DNA of 64,000 bases from an uncultured bacterium (GTDB lineage Bacteria > Acidobacteriota > Aminicenantia > Aminicenantales > UBA4085): NCBI GenBank assembly GCA_937868205.1, contig CALMMC010000124.1, positions 33,046 through 97,045 on the forward strand, given 5' to 3'. The position numbers and the translations under genes were made by a program. The stretch's first letter is position 1. Each line of letters starts with the position of its first letter. This document shows positions 8,171 to 18,043 of the stretch, piece by piece. The notes below the pieces were generated by a model. That model was not told the origin of the DNA, searched no databases, and saw only the letters and a program-made list of their open reading frames with translations.

Positions 8171-10120
8171 ATGCCTTTCCGGTTTGTCGATCTCCCTCTC
8201 AGGCGAAAAATGATCCTCGCCATTCTCGCCATCGTTCTCTTCGGAGGGATTGTTTTCGGCATCCTCGGCCTGCGACTCGAACACCAGACGATCATGTCCC
8301 TGGCGGAAAACCGGATCCACCACGATATGGACTCCGCCCGGACCATTTATTCCTTTTACTTGGACAATCTGCTGACGGCCGTGACCCTGACGGCCGAATC
8401 GGAGCTCTTGCGTCTCCCCCGCTCCGCCCAGCCGAACGCCGAACTGGATTTCCATCTGGCTCGGGCCGCGGAAGCGGGACGTTTTGATTTTCTATCGTTC
8501 GCGGCCGCCGACGGAAGACGGATCGCTCTCTCCGATCCGGCCGTTCCGGCCGGCGGATTCCGGGACCGGGATTCTTTTTTCTCCCGGGTCCTCGAGGGAA
8601 AGCGGCTCGCCGCGACGCGGCTTCTCCCCCTGGATTCCCTCCGCCGGGAAAGCACCCGGTTCGGAGAATCCGCGGCCGGGGACATCCTCGTCCTTGTCGC
8701 GGCGGCGCCCGTCCGCGGCCCGGAAGGAAGGATCATCGGCGTCCTGGAGGGCGGACGGCGGATCAACGGCGACAACGAGATCGTCGACCGGGTCAAAGCC
8801 GCGATTTTCGATCCCGAAAAACGCGGCGGCCGGGACACGGGCGTCGTCACGATCCACCAAGGCGACATCCGGGCATCGACAACCCTCAAAAACCCCCAGG
8901 GGAGCCGGTTGAACGGAACGCGGGCGGATCCCCGCTTCCGGCAGGAGGCGCTCGAACGAAGGAAAGCTTGGGCCGGGCGGGCCGTCATTCTCGGGGAACG
9001 GTACATCAGCGCTTCCGAGCCCCTGGCCGATTACGACGGGACCGTCGTCGGAATGCTGAGCATCGGTCTTTTAGAACGGCCGTTTCTCGCTCTCCGCAAC
9101 CGGGTGATCACCCAAAACGCCGCCTGGGCCGCGGCCACGGCGGCCGTTCTGCTGATCCTCCTTTCCCTCATGGCGACGCGTCTCGTCCGGCCGTTGGGAG
9201 ACTTGGCCGCGGCCGCGTCCCGGATCGCCCAAGGCGACCTGAACCTGAAAGTCCCGGTCGGCGGCCGCGACGAAATCGGAGAGCTCGGCGGGGCGTTCAA
9301 CCGAATGACCGCCGAGCTTCGCAAGGCCAAGGAAAATCTTCTCCAATGGACGTGGACTCTTGAAAGCCGGGTCGCCGACCGAACCCACGCCCTCCGCAAC
9401 ATCCAGGAATCCATGGCCCGATCGGAAAAAATGGCCTCCCTCGGGCAACTCGCCGCCGGCATCGCCCACGAAATCAACAATCCCCTGACGACCATCCTCA
9501 TCAACGCCCATCTTCTGCTGGAAAAAGCTCGGCCGGACGATCCGGCCGCGGCCGCTCTCCGCCTGATCGCCGAGGAAACCGAGCGCTGCGGCCGGATCGT
9601 CAAGGGGCTTCTCGAATACTCCCGGCGGACGCCGCCCGAAAAATCCGCCCTCGACGTCAACGCCGTCGTGGAACGCACCATCGGCCTGCTTTCCGGCCAG
9701 GCCTGGGCCCGCAACGTCCGTCTCTCCCATCATTTGGACCGGACGCTCCCTCCGCTCTTTCTCGACAGAGCGAAAATCCAACAGGTGTTCTGGAACCTGA
9801 TCCTCAACGCCTGCGAGGCGATGCCCTCGGGAGGAACGATCGATGTTTCCAGCCGCCGCTCGGCCGACGGCCGGTCGATCGAGGTCGTATTCGCCGATTC
9901 GGGGCCGGGAATCCCGGAGGAAAACCTCGACCGGATTTTCGACCCCTTTTTCACGACCAAATCCTCGGGAACGGGCTTGGGGCTGGCCGTCGCCGCCAGG
10001 CTCGTCGAGCAGCACGGCGGAACCATCTCCGCCCGAAACGGGGCTGGCCGCGGCGCGGTCTTTACGATACAATGGCCGCTGGCGGACACGGAAACCGGGG
10101 ACAGAGGAATTGGACCATGA
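8171..10120 (+). CDS. Sensor histidine kinase (N-terminal TM, periplasmic sensor, HAMP, HisKA, HATPase)
   Basis: H-box HEINNPLTTI, N-box, and G-boxes DSGPGIP / GTGLGLAV; coiled-coil HAMP-like segment with GDLNLKVPVGGRDEIGELGGAFNRM. Confidence 0.9.
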   Translation: MPFRFVDLPLRRKMILAILAIVLFGGIVFGILGLRLEHQTIMSLAENRIHHDMDSARTIYSFYLDNLLTAVTLTAESELLRLPRSAQPNAELDFHLARAAEAGRFDFLSFAAADGRRIALSDPAVPAGGFRDRDSFFSRVLEGKRLAATRLLPLDSLRRESTRFGESAAGDILVLVAAAPVRGPEGRIIGVLEGGRRINGDNEIVDRVKAAIFDPEKRGGRDTGVVTIHQGDIRASTTLKNPQGSRLNGTRADPRFRQEALERRKAWAGRAVILGERYISASEPLADYDGTVVGMLSIGLLERPFLALRNRVITQNAAWAAATAAVLLILLSLMATRLVRPLGDLAAAASRIAQGDLNLKVPVGGRDEIGELGGAFNRMTAELRKAKENLLQWTWTLESRVADRTHALRNIQESMARSEKMASLGQLAAGIAHEINNPLTTILINAHLLLEKARPDDPAAAALRLIAEETERCGRIVKGLLEYSRRTPPEKSALDVNAVVERTIGLLSGQAWARNVRLSHHLDRTLPPLFLDRAKIQQVFWNLILNACEAMPSGGTIDVSSRRSADGRSIEVVFADSGPGIPEENLDRIFDPFFTTKSSGTGLGLAVAARLVEQHGGTISARNGAGRGAVFTIQWPLADTETGDRGIGP

Positions 10121-10503
10121 CCGAGACAAAACGGAGAATCTTGATCATCGACGATGAACGCTCCGTTGTCCAAAGCATCGCCCTGGCCTTGGCCGGGGAA
10201 GGCGTCGAAATTGAGACCGTCCTTTCCGGAGAGGACGCGCTCATCCGGACGGCCGCCGTCCGCTACGATCTTATTATCTGCGATTTGATGATGCCCGGTC
10301 TGAGCGGCCTCGACTTGTTGAAGTCCCTCCGGACATACCGGCCCACCACCCCTGTTCTGATGATCACCGGCTATCCGACGATCAAAACGGCCCAGGAATC
10401 CTTGAAAATGGGCGCCTTCGCCTTCATCACCAAGCCGTTCACGCCGGCGGAAATCCGGAGCGCCGCGGCCCGGGCCCTCGCCCAAGCGGATTCGAAGGAA
10501 TGA
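10117..10503 (+). CDS. Single-domain response regulator (CheY-like receiver)
   Basis: ILIIDDE...DLIICDLMMPGLSGLDLL...ITKPF receiver motifs; ATG overlaps the kinase stop (ATGA). Confidence 0.85.
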   Translation: MTETKRRILIIDDERSVVQSIALALAGEGVEIETVLSGEDALIRTAAVRYDLIICDLMMPGLSGLDLLKSLRTYRPTTPVLMITGYPTIKTAQESLKMGAFAFITKPFTPAEIRSAAARALAQADSKE

Positions 10504-11408
10504 CCGGCCGTTTCCTTCGCGCCGGGGCTTGCCCCGTTTGCCGCGGCCTCGACATTCGTCCATGGAAAAAAGGGACGTTCGATTTCTCCGGCCTCCGATC
10601 CGACCAGATTAAAATCACGGACAGCGAATACGGGAAAACGTGGGACCTTCAAGCCTGCGGCGCCTGCGGCCACATCTTCGCCGATCCGTACCCGGCGCCG
10701 GATTTCCTTGCCTCCCTTTACGGGGAAGTGGAAGATCCGCTTTATGACCAGGAGGCCGAAGGACGGACGCGGAATTTCCTGCCCATCCTGAACCGGCTGG
10801 ATCTCTTCCGTCCCGGCCGCGGAGCCCTGTTCGACGTCGGCGCGGCCACGGGCATCCTGGGCGACGCCGCCCGCCGGCGCGGCTGGCGGGTCGACGGCGT
10901 GGAGCCGAGCGCCTGGGCCGTCCGGAAGGCCGCGGAAAAGTATGGCTTGATCCTCCGCCGGGGAGGATTCGAGGACATCGCCGCCGCCGGCGATTCCTTC
11001 CAGGCCGTGACCATGGTCGATTTCATCGAGCACACGCCCCGCCCGTCCGAGGCGGCCGCCATGGCCTTCTCCCTTCTGGCCCCGGGCGGCGTCCTGTGCC
11101 TCGTCACCCCTGACATTCACAGCCCGGCGGCCCGCCTGGCCGGCCGGCGCTGGTGGCACCTGCGGCCGGGCCACCTGGCTTATTTTTCCAAGAGAAGCCT
11201 CCGGGTTCTTCTTGAGGGAGCGGGATTCCGGATCGTCGAAATCCGCCGCTATGCCTGGACATTCAGCCTTCATTATCTCGTCTCCCGCTTCCGCTGGATG
11301 GATTCCTTCGCCCGAAGCCGGGCCTCTTCATTTCTCCGCAAGATCCCGATAAAATTGGCCCTCGGCGATTCGTTCGAGATATACGCCGTCAAGGATCCAT
11401 TTTCGTGA
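10500..11408 (+). CDS. Class I SAM-dependent methyltransferase with N-terminal C4 zinc ribbon
   Basis: CPVCRG...CGACGH Zn ribbon; LFDVGAATG (motif I) ... LAPGGVLCLVTP (post-II); ATGA overlap with the regulator stop. Confidence 0.75.
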   Translation: MTGRFLRAGACPVCRGLDIRPWKKGTFDFSGLRSDQIKITDSEYGKTWDLQACGACGHIFADPYPAPDFLASLYGEVEDPLYDQEAEGRTRNFLPILNRLDLFRPGRGALFDVGAATGILGDAARRRGWRVDGVEPSAWAVRKAAEKYGLILRRGGFEDIAAAGDSFQAVTMVDFIEHTPRPSEAAAMAFSLLAPGGVLCLVTPDIHSPAARLAGRRWWHLRPGHLAYFSKRSLRVLLEGAGFRIVEIRRYAWTFSLHYLVSRFRWMDSFARSRASSFLRKIPIKLALGDSFEIYAVKDPFS

Positions 11409-12313
11409 ACGCCTATCTGCGGGCCCTGCGCCTGGAGCGGTGGCCGAGAAGCTCGGCCATTTTCCTGGGCAGCGCCGTCTTCGTTTTCCTTCACCGGGAG
11501 GATGTCGCCGCGCTCTCTCCGGCGGAAACCATCTGGAGGCTGGCCGCGGCGTTCCTTCTGACTTGGGGCATCTCGACGGCCAATTACGTCCTCAACGAAA
11601 TCGTCGACCGCCCCTTCGACGTCCACCATCCGACCAAGCGTCTCCGGCCTCTTGTCAGCGGTGAAATTAAAGCCTTTCCCTTCGCTCTCATCGGCCTTCT
11701 TCTCGTCGCCGCCTGCGGCGGGGCGGCCGTCCTCTTGTTCGACCGGACATTCACCCTCGCCCTGCTGTCCCTGCTCGCCGCCGGGATTGTTTACAACGTC
11801 CCCCCCATCCGGACCAAGGACATCCCTTTCCTCGACTCCGTCTCCGAATCGGTCAATAATCCGATTCGTTTTCTCATCGGCTGGTCGGCCCTGGCTGTTT
11901 CCGGAAAGCTTCCTCCCCTCTCCGTCCTCGTCTGCTGGTGGGCGTTCGGCAATTTTCTCATGGTCGCCAAGCGGCTGTCCGAGTTCCGTTTCCTCAAGGA
12001 GAAAGCCGGAGAATACCGGATATCCCACCGGAAATACTCGCGGACGTCGCTGGTGATCGGCATGTCCGTCAGCGCCCTGATCTGTCTTCTGGCCTTTCTT
12101 TACTTCGGCTGGATCTTCAAGCTTCAATCCTTTTATGCCATCGCTCCGTTCCTCCTCGTTTTCTTCGGCTTGATTTTCCGGAAAACGCTCCGGGAGGCGG
12201 AGATGATGGAGGAGCCGGAAAAGCTTTTCATCCATCCGAAATACGCGCTCTATGCGCTCTTTCTTGTTCTTCTGTTCGTCCTCGCGTTCTTAAAGGACGC
12301 CATCGGACAATGA
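11405..12313 (+). CDS. UbiA-family integral-membrane prenyltransferase
   Basis: About 8 TM helices; aspartate-rich motif NEIVDRPFD (N/DxxxDxxxD) plus a second Asp-rich region; overlaps the neighbouring genes. Confidence 0.7.
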   Translation: MNAYLRALRLERWPRSSAIFLGSAVFVFLHREDVAALSPAETIWRLAAAFLLTWGISTANYVLNEIVDRPFDVHHPTKRLRPLVSGEIKAFPFALIGLLLVAACGGAAVLLFDRTFTLALLSLLAAGIVYNVPPIRTKDIPFLDSVSESVNNPIRFLIGWSALAVSGKLPPLSVLVCWWAFGNFLMVAKRLSEFRFLKEKAGEYRISHRKYSRTSLVIGMSVSALICLLAFLYFGWIFKLQSFYAIAPFLLVFFGLIFRKTLREAEMMEEPEKLFIHPKYALYALFLVLLFVLAFLKDAIGQ

Positions 12314-12930
12314 CATCCGCGGCCGGCCCGGGAGAGCCCCTCCTGATCGCGACGACCAACCGCGGGAAAGCCCGGGAGATCGCCGCTGCCCTGGCGATGC
12401 AAGCCGTCCGCTTCGTCGCCCTGGACGACGCGGGCATCGAAGCCGTCTGCCCCGAAACAGAGAAAACGCTCGCGGCCAACGCTCGGGCCAAAGCCGAATT
12501 CTACAGCCGCCGAAGCGGCCTCCTGACCCTGGCCGAGGATTCCGGCCTGGAAATCAAGGTCCTCGGAGGAGAACCGGGCGTCCGCTCCGCCCGGTTCTCC
12601 GGGCCGAAGGCGACGGACGCAAAGAACGTCTCCAAGGTTCTCCGCCTCCTTGCCTCCGTTCCCCGGTCCGGCCGGCGGGCCCGCTTCGTCTGCGCCATGG
12701 CTCTGGCCCGAAACGGCCGGATCGTCGCCGCGGCCCGCGGCGTCGTCCGCGGAACAATCGCCGTCGGACCCAAGGGAACCGCCGGCTTTGGATACGATCC
12801 TATTTTCTACTACCACCCCCGGGGCAAGACATTCGCAGAGCTCTCTCCCGAAGAGAAAAACGCGGTCAGCCATCGCGGCCGGGCCCTGGCCGCCATGAAG
12901 GTCCGTCTCCGTCGCTTTCTCTCGAAATAA
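12310..12930 (+). CDS. rdgB: Non-canonical purine NTP pyrophosphatase RdgB/HAM1 (dITP/XTP pyrophosphatase)
   Basis: LLIATTNRGKAREI ... GFGYDPIF ... LSPEEKNAVSHRGRAL are the Ham1 signature motifs; ATGA overlap with the upstream stop. Confidence 0.85.
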   Translation: MTSAAGPGEPLLIATTNRGKAREIAAALAMQAVRFVALDDAGIEAVCPETEKTLAANARAKAEFYSRRSGLLTLAEDSGLEIKVLGGEPGVRSARFSGPKATDAKNVSKVLRLLASVPRSGRRARFVCAMALARNGRIVAAARGVVRGTIAVGPKGTAGFGYDPIFYYHPRGKTFAELSPEEKNAVSHRGRALAAMKVRLRRFLSK

Positions 12931-12964
12931 AAAAGGCGGCCCTCCCCTTCCGGGAAGGGCCGCC
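12930..12964 (-). terminator. Rho-independent terminator for comEA (GC-rich 13-bp stem, 4-nt loop, followed by a T5 run on the minus strand)
   Basis: GGCGGCCCTCCCC-ttcc-GGGAAGGGCCGCC pairs at 12 of 13 positions and is flanked by AAAAA on the plus strand; it sits in the 73-nt convergent gap between rdgB and comEA. Confidence 0.45.
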
Positions 12965-13003
12965 GGCGGGATATTCCCGCACGCGTGGAGGGAGCGCCGG
13001 ATC

Positions 13004-13306
13004 TTAAACGCTCAACTGGTCCTTGAATCGGAGAAAAATCTTCTCGCCGATTCCTCGGACTTTCATCAAGTCTTCGATCTTCTTGAACGGACCGTTCATC
13101 TTGCGGAAATCGATGATCCGCTGAGCGATCGCGGCGCCGACGCCGGGGAGCTTTTGCAGCTCGTCCAGCGGCGCCGTGTTCAAATTGATCTTTCCGCCCG
13201 CGGCCTTTTCGCCGCCGGCGGCGGCCGCCTGTTGGGCCAAGGCCGGAACGACCAAGAGAGCGGCGATGATTCCCAAAACCGCCCCTTTCATCCACAAGCT
13301 CTTCAT
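13004..13306 (-). CDS. comEA: Competence protein ComEA (helix-hairpin-helix DNA-binding)
   Basis: Signal/anchor sequence followed by NLNTAPLDELQKLPGVGAAIAQRIIDFR...KVRGIGEKIF tandem HhH motifs. Confidence 0.8.
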   Translation of the reverse strand: MKSLWMKGAVLGIIAALLVVPALAQQAAAAGGEKAAGGKINLNTAPLDELQKLPGVGAAIAQRIIDFRKMNGPFKKIEDLMKVRGIGEKIFLRFKDQLSV

Positions 13307-13465
13307 GTTGAGCCTCCTTTCGCCCTTTCTTTAGCGAGCGGCATGCCAAAACCGAAATTTTATTATCTCCATTTATTGCAATGACTTGAATCGAACCGCG
13401 GCTCCGCCCCCGGCAATTTTTGGAGACGGATGGCGATTCGGGCGTCAACGGCGGGAGACGGGACG

Positions 13466-14350
13466 TCAAGCCCGCGGATGGCTCTTGCGGTAGACGGCGA
13501 GCAACTGGGGCAGGTCCAGATGGGTGTATTTCTGGGTCGTCCCCAGGCTTTCGTGGCCGAGCAGCTCCTGGATGACCCGAAGATCGGCCCCCCGGCCGAG
13601 GAGATGGGAAGCGAACGAATGCCGAAGGGAATGGGGGCTGATTTTTCTCCGGATGGCCGTTTTTCTGATATATTTGGCGACCAGCCGCTCCACCGAACGG
13701 GACGTGATCCGTCCCCCCCGGTAATTCAGGAACAAGGCCGCTTGGTCGAGAGGTCCCTTCAAAAAGCCGGGCCTTGTTTCAAAATAAGCCGCCAGGCTGG
13801 AGGCCGCCGTCCGCCCGAACGGAACGATGCGCTCCTTTTTCCCCTTGCCCCGGACGCGGAGGAGGCGCTCCTCCAAGCCGACGTCGGAGACGTCCAAGCC
13901 GGCCAGCTCGCCGACCCGGATGCCGGTGGCGTAAAACAACTCGAAAATGGCCCGGTCCCGCGGCCCCAGACGGTCGTTTCTATCCGGAAGATCCAGAAAC
14001 CGCTCGATCTCCCCCTCCGAAAGAAAACCGGGGACGGGACTGTCGAGTTTCGGCCGGGTCACGACCACGGCCGGATTATCATCGCAAATCCGTCGCTTGA
14101 GGCAATACTGGAAAAACGACCGGACGGCGGCCAGCTTGCGGGCGACGGACGTCTTGGAAAGGCGCCGGTCGTGAAGATCCGCCATCCAGCCGCGCAAAAT
14201 GATGTTATCGACCCGGGCCAGGCGGACTTTTCGGCGGTCAAGATAAGCGGCCATCTGGAGAAGATCGCGCCGGTAGGCGGCCACGGTATGGGCCGAGGCG
14301 TTTCTTTCATACCGGAGGTACTCGAGGAACTCATCGATGTTTTTGCGCAT
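13466..14350 (-). CDS. xerC: Tyrosine site-specific recombinase XerC/XerD family
   Basis: N-terminal SAM-like domain; catalytic R...HxxR...Y (HSLRHSFASHLL ... GHESLGTTQKYTHL). XerC versus XerD cannot be distinguished by eye. Confidence 0.8.
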   Translation of the reverse strand: MRKNIDEFLEYLRYERNASAHTVAAYRRDLLQMAAYLDRRKVRLARVDNIILRGWMADLHDRRLSKTSVARKLAAVRSFFQYCLKRRICDDNPAVVVTRPKLDSPVPGFLSEGEIERFLDLPDRNDRLGPRDRAIFELFYATGIRVGELAGLDVSDVGLEERLLRVRGKGKKERIVPFGRTAASSLAAYFETRPGFLKGPLDQAALFLNYRGGRITSRSVERLVAKYIRKTAIRRKISPHSLRHSFASHLLGRGADLRVIQELLGHESLGTTQKYTHLDLPQLLAVYRKSHPRA

Positions 14351-14515
14351 GCGTCCGGATCCGGCGCCGCCGGCCCTGTTTCATTTTAACGAAATCCGTC
14401 CGCATATCCAAAAAAAGGGCGGATCGATATTTCCGGTTTATTCTTCCCAGACTCCTCGGGCGTTCTCCCTCAAGGCGGAGAAGCTGCGCCACGGCCGCGA
14501 TTTTGGGAATTGATC

Positions 14516-16852
14516 TTAGACCCCGCCGGCTTCCGGCCCCGGTTTGTCCGGAGCACCCCCCCCGTCTTCCCTCGAGTCGCCGTCTTTCCCGGCCGGCTCG
14601 GGTTCTTCCCCCGCCGGACGAGGCGGGACGGCCGGAGGAGACGCCGGCTCGCGCCAGCCGCAGTTCTCGTCGACACAGTGCTTGTACGTCCCGTCCTTCT
14701 TGGTCGTTTTCCGGAGGACGAACGGCCGGCCGCATTTCGGACAGGATTCCGGAAGCGGCTCGTCCCAGGTGGCGAACCGGCACTTCGGGAAGGAGCTGCA
14801 GCCGTAAAAGAATTTCTCCCGTTTCGTCTTTCTTTTCAAAAGCGTCCCGCCGCACCCTTGGGGACAGGCGATCCCCGTATCGACCTTTTCCTTCCCCTTG
14901 ATGAACCGGCATTTCGGATAGTTCGAGCAGGCCACGAACATCCCGTAGCGGCCGACCCGCTGGACCAGGTTCGCCCCGCACGTCGGGCATTTTTCCTCGA
15001 GGGGAACGGGCTCGCTTTTTTTATAAAGATCATCCGAGTAATCGCATTCGGGATATCCCGAGCAGGACTTGAACCGTCCGAACTTGCCGCCCTTGTTGAC
15101 CAGCGGCTTCCCGCATTTCGGGCACTTTTCGTCCAGGGGGATTCCTGTCCCGGCGACGCTTTCGACTTTGCCCGCGGCCGCGAGATCATTTTGGAGCCGG
15201 CCGTAGAAATCCCGCATCGCCCCGACCCAGTCCAGCGTCCCCTCGCTCACTTCATCCAGCTCCCCTTCCATCCGGGCCGTGAATTTGTACTCCATCAGGT
15301 CGGGGAAATGCTTGACCAGGAAATCGGTGACGAACATGCCGAGATCGGTCGGAACGAACTTGTTCTCCTCCTTGACGACATACACGCGGTTCTGCAGGGT
15401 GACGATGATCGGGGCGTACGTCGAGGGCCGGCCGATTCCCTTGGCTTCAAGTTCCTTGACGAGCGTTCCCTCGGTATAACGGGCCGGAGGCTGGGTGAAG
15501 CTCTGTTTCGGCTCAAGCTCGGCCAGGGTCAGCGTTTCGTCTTTCTTGACCGGCGGGAGGGCATCTTCCTCGTCCTCCTCTTTTTTGGGATAAAGCTCCC
15601 ACCAGCCCTTAAACTTGATCACGCCGCCCTTAACCGTAAACAGGAACCGCTCGCCGGCGGCGATGGTCAGGGCCGTCTCTTCGAGAACCGCCGCGCTCAT
15701 CTGGGAGGCGAAGAACCGGTTCCAAATCAGCTGGTAGAGGCTGAATTCCTCTTTTTTCAAATAGGGCCGGACCGCCTCCGGCGTCAGTTCGGGCGAAGTC
15801 GGCCGGATGGCCTCGTGAGCGTCCTGGGCCTTGCCTTTGTTGGCGTGAACCCGCGGATGAGAGGGAACGTGAGCCGCCGAAAAGGACTGGACGATGGCCG
15901 CCCGGGCCCACGCCTGGGCCTCGGCCGAAATCCGGACTGAATCAGTGCGCATGTAGGTGATGAGGCCCATCGGCCCCCGTTCACCCAGCGGAAGCCCCTC
16001 GTAGAGCTTCTGGGCGACGGACATCGTCTTCTTGACGGGGAAGCGGAGAAGCCGGAAAGCTTCCTGCTGAAGAGTGCTGGTGATATAGGGCGGCGGCGGA
16101 TTCCTCTTCTTTTCGGTGACGGCGACGTCTCGGACGACATAGCGGGCGCCTTTCAGCGCATCGACGATCGCCTGAGCCGAGGCGCCGTCGGGGATTTTGG
16201 CTTTCTTTCCGTCGATTTTGGACAACGCCGCCTTGAACCGGGGGGGGAGCGAGGCCTCCAGGTAGGCGAAGATCGTCCAGAATTCCTCTTTTCGGAAAGC
16301 CCGGATCTCGCGCTCCCTCTCGACGACGAGGCGAAGGGCGATGCTCTGGACGCGCCCGGCGCTTAAGCCCCGGCCGATCTTTTTCCAAAGCAGCGGGCTG
16401 ATCTTGTAGCCGACAAGCCGGTCGAGAACGCGGCGGGCCTGCTGGGCTTCGAACATATGAACATTTAATTCGCCCATGTGCCGGACGGCGTCCTCCACCG
16501 CCTGCTTCGTGATTTCCTGGAGCCGGACGCGGAACACCGGCTTCTTCCCGTCATCGAAAATCGCTTTTAGATGCCAGCAGATCGCTTCTCCCTCGCGATC
16601 CGGATCGGCCGCCAGGATGATCGATGAGGCCGTCCGGGCCGCCGCCCGAAGCTCGCCGACGACCTTCTCGCGCTCGGGAATGATGATGTATTGGGGTTCG
16701 AAATCCTTGTCGACGTCCACGCCGAGCTTGCTTTTCGGAAGATCCCGGACGTGCCCCATCGAGGCCATCACCCGATAGCCCGAACCCAGGTATTTATTGA
16801 TCGTCTTGGCCTTGGCCGGCGACTCGACGATCAAGAGGGCCTTGTCCATCAC
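14516..16852 (-). CDS. topA: DNA topoisomerase I with C-terminal zinc ribbons
   Basis: Toprim LIVESPAKAKTI, active-site region, and multiple C4 Zn-ribbon repeats (CPKCG, CPTCG, CSNYPKC...). Confidence 0.95.
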   Translation of the reverse strand: MMDKALLIVESPAKAKTINKYLGSGYRVMASMGHVRDLPKSKLGVDVDKDFEPQYIIIPEREKVVGELRAAARTASSIILAADPDREGEAICWHLKAIFDDGKKPVFRVRLQEITKQAVEDAVRHMGELNVHMFEAQQARRVLDRLVGYKISPLLWKKIGRGLSAGRVQSIALRLVVEREREIRAFRKEEFWTIFAYLEASLPPRFKAALSKIDGKKAKIPDGASAQAIVDALKGARYVVRDVAVTEKKRNPPPPYITSTLQQEAFRLLRFPVKKTMSVAQKLYEGLPLGERGPMGLITYMRTDSVRISAEAQAWARAAIVQSFSAAHVPSHPRVHANKGKAQDAHEAIRPTSPELTPEAVRPYLKKEEFSLYQLIWNRFFASQMSAAVLEETALTIAAGERFLFTVKGGVIKFKGWWELYPKKEEDEEDALPPVKKDETLTLAELEPKQSFTQPPARYTEGTLVKELEAKGIGRPSTYAPIIVTLQNRVYVVKEENKFVPTDLGMFVTDFLVKHFPDLMEYKFTARMEGELDEVSEGTLDWVGAMRDFYGRLQNDLAAAGKVESVAGTGIPLDEKCPKCGKPLVNKGGKFGRFKSCSGYPECDYSDDLYKKSEPVPLEEKCPTCGANLVQRVGRYGMFVACSNYPKCRFIKGKEKVDTGIACPQGCGGTLLKRKTKREKFFYGCSSFPKCRFATWDEPLPESCPKCGRPFVLRKTTKKDGTYKHCVDENCGWREPASPPAVPPRPAGEEPEPAGKDGDSREDGGGAPDKPGPEAGGV

Positions 16853-17982
16853 AGTCTCCTCAAATAGCGCTTCCCGGGGAGCTGGGCGGCGACGCCCTTG
16901 ATCTCCAAGGAAAGCAATATGGTCAGGAGCTCCGAAATCGAGAGCTCCGTCCGTTCCAGCAATTCATCCACGTGAACCGGGGACTCGGGCGAAAGAAGCC
17001 TCCGGACGGCCGCTTCCCCGCTGGAAAGCAGCGGCAGAGGCTCCCGTGGTTCGTCCTCTTCCCGGCTCAGCAACGCCTCCCGGACCGGGGCCGGCAGCTC
17101 TTCGGCCACATCCTTCCAGGTCTCGACTAGCTTCGCCCCGGCCTTGATCAGGCCGTTCGTTCCGCGGCTGACCTCGGAAGTGATGTTGCCCGGCACGGCC
17201 ATAACCTCCCGGCCCTGCTCGAGGGCGAAACCGGCCGAAATCAACGAACCGCTCTTTTCCGCCGCCTCGACCACGATCAGGGCCCTGGAAAGCCCGCTGA
17301 TGATCCGGTTGCGCCGGGGGAAATTCGCCGCCAGCGGGTCCGTTCCCAGAGGAAACTCGGATATCACAGCCCCCTCCTCGGTGATCCGCTCGAACAACCG
17401 GCGGTTGGCCCGCGGATAAGGCACGTCGAGACCGGATCCCAGAACGGCCACGGTTTGTCCTCCGTCCAGGGCGCCCTGGTGTCCGGCGGCGTCGATGCCG
17501 ACCGCCAAGCCGCTGACCACCACGATCCCCCGTCCGGACAGGTCGCGGGCCAAACGTTCGGCCACGTTCCGTCCGTACGGCGTCGGCCGCCGCGAACCGA
17601 CCAGGGCGACCGCCGGCCTCTCGAGGATGTCGGTCCGTCCCGCGCAATACAGGACGGCCGGCGGATCGAATATCTCTCTAAGAAAGGAGGGATATTCGGC
17701 GTCCCCGAGAGTCAGGAGAGAATATCCTTTCTCCTTGGACCTGTCAAATTCCTTTTCGGCCCGGTCCAGGAGCCCGGGCGCGCCGAGCCGGGCCGCGATC
17801 TGCGGCCTGAAACCGATGGCCGACCACTCCTCCGAGGAGAGAGCGAACGCTCCGGCCGGGTCGGGAAACAGGGTCAGGATTTTTTTCACGGCCGCCAACC
17901 GGTCCCAAAGAGCCAGGTTGAGGGCCAAGAAAGCGATTTTCTCCGGAGAACGGCGTCCTTTGAAGAGCGGCATCACCATCAA
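16849..17982 (-). CDS. dprA: DNA processing protein DprA (Smf)
   Basis: Rossmann-like DprA core VALVGSRRPTPYG...VVVSGLAVGIDAAGHQGAL...VAVLGSGLD; ATGA overlap with topA. Confidence 0.9.
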   Translation of the reverse strand: MMVMPLFKGRRSPEKIAFLALNLALWDRLAAVKKILTLFPDPAGAFALSSEEWSAIGFRPQIAARLGAPGLLDRAEKEFDRSKEKGYSLLTLGDAEYPSFLREIFDPPAVLYCAGRTDILERPAVALVGSRRPTPYGRNVAERLARDLSGRGIVVVSGLAVGIDAAGHQGALDGGQTVAVLGSGLDVPYPRANRRLFERITEEGAVISEFPLGTDPLAANFPRRNRIISGLSRALIVVEAAEKSGSLISAGFALEQGREVMAVPGNITSEVSRGTNGLIKAGAKLVETWKDVAEELPAPVREALLSREEDEPREPLPLLSSGEAAVRRLLSPESPVHVDELLERTELSISELLTILLSLEIKGVAAQLPGKRYLRRL

Positions 17983-18043
17983 AGGACGGCCCGGAACCGG
18001 ATTTTTCTCAGGGCCCGGGAACCGCCTCGGAGTCCGACGCGGG

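Noticed and set aside
13385-13400. GGTTCGATTC (T-loop-like) on the minus strand next to xerC, a possible tRNA remnant or attachment site
   Set aside because: Flanking bases cannot form a T-stem or acceptor stem; xerC sits in the conserved housekeeping dprA-topA-xerC context, not in a prophage; the 10-mer could occur by chance.
13466-14350. Tyrosine recombinase as a mobile-element integrase
   Set aside because: No flanking repeats, phage genes or tRNA; conserved chromosomal XerC/XerD-type N-terminus and neighbourhood.
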